64,000 nucleotides of DNA from Eledone cirrhosa. Lineage: Eukaryota. The first letter of the stretch is position 1; each line of letters opens with the position of its first letter. The position numbers and the translations under genes were made by a program. The notes beneath the pieces are model-generated. The model saw only the letters and a program-made list of their open reading frames with translations. It was not told the origin of the DNA and did not search any database. This document shows, piece by piece, positions 57,280-64,000 of the stretch. The DNA lies in assembly GCA_964016885.1 (NCBI GenBank), contig OZ024751.1, forward strand, positions 25,358,001 to 25,422,000. The letters run 5' to 3'.

Positions 57280-58334
57280 AGTATGCATGTATGTATCCAT
57301 GTATGTATGTATGTCTGTATATACCTATGTATGTATATATATGTGTGTGTATTTGTGTATGTATGTATGCATATGTATGTATGCATGTATATATATATGT
57401 TTATATGTATGTATGGATATATGTATATATGTATGTATAAATATCTGTATGTAAATGTGAAATGGCATGTATATATGCATATATGCAGGCATGTACGTAT
57501 TTATGTATATATGTATGCATGTATGTATAAATGTATTTATGGATGCATGCATGTATGGATATATGTACGGATGTATGTATGTATATGTCTATGTATTTAT
57601 GTATGTATATATTTATGTATGTGTGTATGTATTGCGTGTATGTATGTATGTATGTATGTATGTATGTGTGTATGTGTTTATGTATGCACGTATGTATAAA
57701 TGTATTTATGGATGCATGCATGTATGGATATATGTACGGATTTATGTATGTATATGTCTATGTATTTATGTATGTATATATGTATGTATGTATGTGTGTA
57801 TGTATGTATGTGTGCCTGTATGTGTGTATGTGTGTATGTATGCATGTATATGTGTATGTCTGTCAGAGTGTATGTGCGGAAGAGATGAAGAACCGACGGC
57901 TATTGTAGACTGTTGTGGTAAAGAGTAAAACAACGACTTACATCTGAACAGAGAAATGTATTATTCTAATGGCCTAGAACAAAAGTGCAAATAATTGCTT
58001 TTACTTTCGGCACAAGACCAGCAATTTGTAGGGAAGGTTGAAGTCGTCTCCAGTGCATTACCGATACTTTATTTTATCGATCCCATAAAGATATAAATCA
58101 AAAGTAACCACGGTGGGATTTCTGTTCATAAATGTTCCTAACGTTATGCCGCAAATTTTGTCAGTCGCGCTGCCGACACTGATAATCCACTACCCTTTTT
58201 TATGAGATAACTCACTCATATTTTTGTGAGATAACTCACTCATATTTTTGTGAGATAACTCACTCATATTTCAAATAGTGAGGGCAGGATACGCACTGGG
58301 AAAGCTTACCACCAGCCAGATCCTTTTCATGGAC

Positions 58335-59906
58335 AACCTACAACTCTTCGGAAGAACGAGAAGTTGAATGTACGTGTTAACACTGTTCGTATCTTCAGCA
58401 ATGAAATATGTATGGGAATTGGTGTTAATAAGTGTAGAGTCGTATTGTTGAGGTGAGGTAAATTAAAGAGAAGCAAATGAATCGAGGTACCAACGGGTGA
58501 GATGATAAAGGAAATCGACGCTGAAGAAGGATATTTGTATTTAGGTGTTCTGGATTCAGATAACACCAATGACAATAAAATGTCAAAAACAATGAAAATG
58601 ATAAAATCTGAATACATAAGGCGAGTAAGGAACATACAAAAATCCCATCTAAATAGTAGAAATTCCATGAGTGCAGTAAATTCTCCAGCTGTGTATATTA
58701 TTAGGTAGACTGCAGGAATTCTGAAATGGAATGTGAACGAAAAAAAAAAAGAACTGGCTAGAAATACATGGAAATTAATGACTACCTACATTACGTTTCA
58801 TGAGAAGGATGATATTGATAGACCGTACTTAAAGAGACCTGAAGGTGGAAGATGTTTACACAGCGTGGACGAATGTGTTCAGATAGACAGGAGCTGTTTA
58901 CATAAATATGTATCTGAGAGTAACGAAGCAATGCTTAAGGCTGTATTGATGGAGGAGACAATAGACCAAGCGATGTGCAAGAAAGAAGTAGCTACAAAGA
59001 GGAAGAACAACCTGAATGAAAAAAACCCTCATAGCATCTATTTAAAGAGAACAGAATTCAGAGATTCACAGACATGGAACTGGTTAAAGAAAGTGGACCT
59101 TACGAAGGCTACAGGGGGAATGCTACTGGCTTCACTGAAGCAAGCCCTCAGAACGAAGTAGATGAAACACCATATTGACAAGGAGGAGGCTAGCCTGCTT
59201 TGTATGATCTGCGGAGTGAGAGAGGAAACTTTGGCTCATATCGTATCCGAGTGTAAACACCTAGCTCAGATTCACTATAGGGTGGAGGTATGATATCTAG
59301 GAGAGGAAATTCACTGTCATTTACGCAAACTGTAAAAATGTTCTCATACTGAGAAATGTTAAGTAAATTTATGCAAATTGAACTCATTACTTCATTCCGA
59401 CAAATGGTATGCAAATTGAAGAGAAGCAAATAAATCGAGCCAGAGTCGTTGATAGGAAACGATCAGGTGAAGGTGCTGTGACATTTTAGGATAGAAACGG
59501 ACAAACAATTAGAACACAATAAGCTTGGTCTTAAGACAAGGGAAAATATTTGTTGATTATAGATGTAGCTTGCGCCTTTGACACAAAAGTACAAGGAAAT
59601 TAACCGGTACCAGGATATAAAGTAGGGACAGAAAAGGATTTGGGACTTCCATGAGATCAAAGTCGACCTCATCGTGATAGGAGCACTAGGTACTCTCTCG
59701 AAAAGTTTCCAAAGCCGGTTAAAGAACATTAGACCAGGACCCTTTTTTGGAACACTCCAGAAGGCATGCCTCCTAAGAACAGCAAGGACCCTCCAATATG
59801 TCCTGAATATCTGAGGCTGCGGCTAATGGCTTGATGTTCATTTGGGAAAATTTTCTCGCTAAATATCATGAAAGACTGAGATATCAAAATATAATGACGA
59901 TAAAGG

Positions 59907-59964
<58 letters not shown>

Positions 59965-59970
59965 CGATGA
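58335..59970 (+). pseudogene. Decayed R4/Dong-like (R2 group, REL endonuclease) non-LTR element, 3' half
   Basis: YLYLGV..LNSRN..DIDRPYLKRPEGGRCL..WLKK..KQALRT..C.IC..ETLAHIVSEC..IDVA.P.D..IVIGALG; many stops; (GAT)n tail at 59909-59970. Confidence 0.8.
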
Positions 59971-60086
59971 CAATAGCAAGTAAAGTAGTAGAAGAGAATA
60001 TACAAAACAAAAAAGTCAAAGACGAGTTTCAAATAACGATCTCACACACACTGATGCGCAAACAAGTGTATATATAAATATATATA

Positions 60087-60136
<50 letters not shown>

Positions 60137-60141
<5 letters not shown>

Positions 60142-60339
60142 TATAGAAGAGCTTCTACAGGACTAGAACTGTTTCATTCGTGAGAAATCATCAGGAAGCT
60201 TCCTGAGCTTCCTGATGATTTCTCACGAATGAAACAGTTCTAGTCCTGTAGAAGCTCTTCTATATTAAAACATTTATACTCTGCTATGTATTGAGTACCT
60301 TACTTACTGTGGTTACCTCCGATTCAACCCGGAATAACT

Positions 60340-60340
<1 letters not shown>
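60137..60340 (+). mobile_element. Family F element with inverted arm between (TA)n tracts
   Basis: Perfect inverted repeat about 60138-60200 and 60206-60268. Confidence 0.8.
60205..60257 (+). ncRNA. Complete type I hammerhead (mirror on - at 60149-60200)
   Basis: gagcttc-CTGATGA-tttctcacgaat-GAAA-cag ttctagtc ctg-TA-gaagctc; predicted cut after 60250 (GUA). Confidence 0.85.
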
Positions 60341-60370
<30 letters not shown>

Positions 60371-60608
60371 ATGTGTGTGTACATGCGGGTGTGTGTACAA
60401 ATACTTACATTCGAACACACAGCCATAGAGTTGTATGGAGGCGGGGGGGGGGGGCTGAAGACAACAATTATTTAGGTATCATTTTCCATGTGCATATAAA
60501 TATTTATATATGCATACTCCTCTCATGCAAATATTGGAATATATTTACATATATATAATAATACATATATATATATAGAGATATATAGAAATAGATATAG
60601 ATAGATAG

Positions 60609-60715
<107 letters not shown>

Positions 60716-60847
60716 CGATACAAATATGAATATGAAATAATTTATTTAGAAGCCTATAGTCGGGCTTGCAAATATCCAAACTTTTTTCTTATTTTACTTG
60801 TATCTCATATTCCACAATGCTTCAAGAAAACTACCACACCTATATAT

Positions 60848-60932
<85 letters not shown>

Positions 60933-61329
60933 CATACAGTTTGAACGATAAAGAAAATAAGTTGAAAACATACTCGGAGCTTTGAAGAAGTTTTATTTAC
61001 AATAAAACCATATTTGCTGGCTGTCCCCGAATCGAACGTTTTATGTTCTATCTTCTCTTTTTCTCTCAATCTCCTACCTTCAATCCTATGTTTGGGTTTA
61101 AGGTAATCCTGTTACATAATTCTGTAAATAACACCTGATGAAATCGCCTAATCTTTTATCATAATCGGATGATAGAGCTGGCCCATCGAAATAGTGGTTT
61201 AGTGGAATTAAAATTATAAAGTAAATTTTCCTACCAATCAATGTATAGCTCCGCCCCCGATGAGATGAACTATAGTGGAAGTTCAAGCTCCGCCCCTGAT
61301 AGCACTCGAGAGTGGAAGTTCCACTGATC

Positions 61330-62510
61330 ACATTGCTCGTTTGGTAGAGGGCAGTGAGTGCCTGGCAACATTCCAGAGATCCAGGCCTTTCCTAAACAGC
61401 ACTACTACCCCACCTCCCATTCCCGGCCTGCTAACAGATGCGGAGATCTGATAGTCGTCGAAAATAGGATCTAGTGCGCGCGTGTCGGAAATCCTGGTCT
61501 CGCTGACGGCAAACACATCCATTTCCAGAGACCTGAGGTCGTTGAGCAGGCGACCCTGCTTCCAGGGTGACTCCAGGCCACGAACATTTAAACTTTCTAC
61601 TCTTAATATGGCCATGTTGGTAAGCTAAAAGAGAGAGGGAAGGTTTACTTATCTCCCGGGGTCTTGTGAAGGGCGGGTGGTTCGACCTTCATGGTTGGTG
61701 GGGTTTCTTTTGGGAGAAACCCACATCGAGACTTTAAAAGTCTCGATGTGGGTTTCATATTCGGGGTTCCCACGTCTTGAGGAAAGCTCTCCCGAATTTC
61801 TTTGAATGAATCGAGCGACATTCGGCACGCAAAATATTCTCATTTCAAAGATCTCCCCCTCTGTTTGAATGTCCTCGCTTCGTGCTAAGAGGGCCATCAG
61901 TTTATCGTTGGCCCTTCTGACAAGAATGAAGTTTTTTAATATTTTGTTGGTGTGGTTTTATTTGTTTTCGTTTTGGTGACTGTGGTGGTGATGGTTTTGG
62001 TGGTGTTGTTTCGGGTATGTCTGTGTTTGTTGTAGGTGTGGTGTCTGCAATTTCAGGTGTCTGTGTGTTTATTTGTTCTTGTGTTTGTTTAGGTTGTTTG
62101 CGTTTCGGGGAAAGTGGGGGTGGTGATGATGCTGGTGCTGATGTTATTGGGGAAGTGTTTGCGTTGGTGGTGTCTGTATTTTTTGTTGTGTATGTTTATG
62201 TGTTTTGTTGGCGCTTTTTTTGGGGTGGTGGTGAGTTTTCTCTTTTGTTTTTTGGCACTTTTGGGTTTCCTTCACCTTCACTGCTGGAAGACAAAGGGTC
62301 TGTGGCTGTGAGTGTATCTGTGTCTGTGTGTGCGTTTATTGTTTTGTCTATGTGTATAATTAGAGGGGTAGGAGGAGTAGAAGAGCTTCCCTCGTTTTCC
62401 CCTTGGATTGGTTTCGGTGTTAATAATAATAATAATAATAATAATTCTACTACTAGAGGAACAGCAAAATGATTTTTAAATACAGTTATATGTAAAAATC
62501 TATTCTCCAT
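61330..62510 (-). pseudogene. L1/Tx1-like LINE: ORF1 remnant plus N-terminus of AP endonuclease (61328-61615)
   Basis: MAILRVESLNVRGL..DVFAVSETR..GGGVVVLFRK are APE motifs I-III. Confidence 0.8.
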
Positions 62511-62601
62511 CAGGTTTTAATTTCCACAACTGCATCTGATGATTTAAGCGTGGCTTCGTCTTGAAAGCAACACAGACACACACACAAACACAGATATATA
62601 C

Positions 62602-62654
<53 letters not shown>

Positions 62655-62674
62655 AATATACATATATATGTATG

Positions 62675-62706
<32 letters not shown>

Positions 62707-62830
62707 CATACATAAATATACATATATATGTATGTATATGTATATATACACATCAATATGCATACATACATACACATATATATATATACGTATATATCTA
62801 TGTATATATGTATATACACATATCTATCTA

Positions 62831-62867
<37 letters not shown>

Positions 62868-62941
62868 AATCTTCTGCTCTGTTAGAACAGAGAGTGCTCA
62901 ACTGCAATACCGCCTATGGAAGCATCATAGCTACCATTAAT

Positions 62942-63033
<92 letters not shown>

Positions 63034-63210
63034 GTGAGATGTTGGTTCGACTCCCATGTACGTCAATACTCATCTTTTTCCATTTCTCCGAGGGTTCTTA
63101 ACCCTACTATCAGGCTAAATAATTTCTTTAATTTCTTTAGTCAAAATACGGCGATAGCTTACATTTCTAATAATTTCAAACCCACTCGCTGTTTCGAAAA
63201 TATTCTTACT

Positions 63211-63245
<35 letters not shown>

Positions 63246-63742
63246 GCGGAGAGAGATAGTGAGAGAATGAAAGAGAGACTATGTGTGTGGTGAGTTTTCG
63301 TCTGTGAGAGTGTTCTTGTGCAGGTGTATATATGTGAACGAAAAGCATAAAACATCAACCATAGGGGAGAAAATCTTAATACAAAATGAATGTTAGGAAA
63401 GGAAAAGTTTAAAACGGAAGTTTATGTCTTTCTCTTTCCTTTCAGAATTAACATATTTTTTCAGCTGTAGATTTATCGACATTTTCTGCTGTACATTTAT
63501 CTTCCATTTTACTGACTTAGCTTCGTTCTTTTGTTGGTTCTTTACCACATCTACAACCTGTTCTGGTTTTTATATTAACCACCTACATATATACAAATAT
63601 ATATATACATATATATTTATAAAAATATATATAAAGATATATATGTATATTTATATATACTTATATATATAGTTGAATAAATGAACAGAGAACAAAAAAC
63701 AGCGAAGCAGTACAAATGATATGATTTTTAGTTTCATGCTTG

Positions 63743-63818
<76 letters not shown>

Positions 63819-64000
63819 AGAGGGAGAAAGAAAGAGCATGACTATTTAGAACTTATTGTTCATCTGCGAGATCTTAAAGTTTTGTTAAGCTGTAAGCAAA
63901 TGTGATTTAAACTCATCAAACACCAAAAACAAAAAAAAAGAAATATGTATATAAATATATATACTTTTCATTTATTTTTATCGAAGAAAATGTGTGTTTG

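Noticed and set aside
62536-62570. CTGATGA...GAAA motif (also at 1324, 5967, 35691 and 61136)
   Set aside because: No supporting helix I/III or correctly placed UH site.

Overview
AT-rich, microsatellite-dense metazoan DNA. The repeat content (abundant tRNA-derived SINEs, long (TA)n/(CA)n tracts) suggests an octopod cephalopod; this is an inference. Two spliced + strand genes can be rebuilt by hand with consistent intron phases: the 3' six exons of an inter-alpha-trypsin inhibitor heavy chain (ITIH)-like VWA protein (162-7776), and a complete six-exon, 248-aa ATG27/cation-dependent mannose-6-phosphate-receptor-like type I membrane protein (15448-23785) that the ORF track misses. There are two variant tRNA-Asp(GTC) copies in a probable false duplication across a 200-N gap, plus decayed RTE, L1/Tx1-like, R4/Dong-like and Penelope-like (PLE) retroelement fragments. 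The main unexplained structure is a set of about 15 loci, from about ten different sequence families, carrying type I hammerhead ribozyme (HHR) motifs (CTGANGA...GAAA...TH). Most abut (TA)n tracts and many are folded back into long inverted repeats, placing a ribozyme on each strand. Many also share a GAGTRCT box about 30-70 nt before the 3' end. Most ORF-track entries are microsatellite translation noise. All calls were made by eye; coordinates of decayed repeats are approximate.
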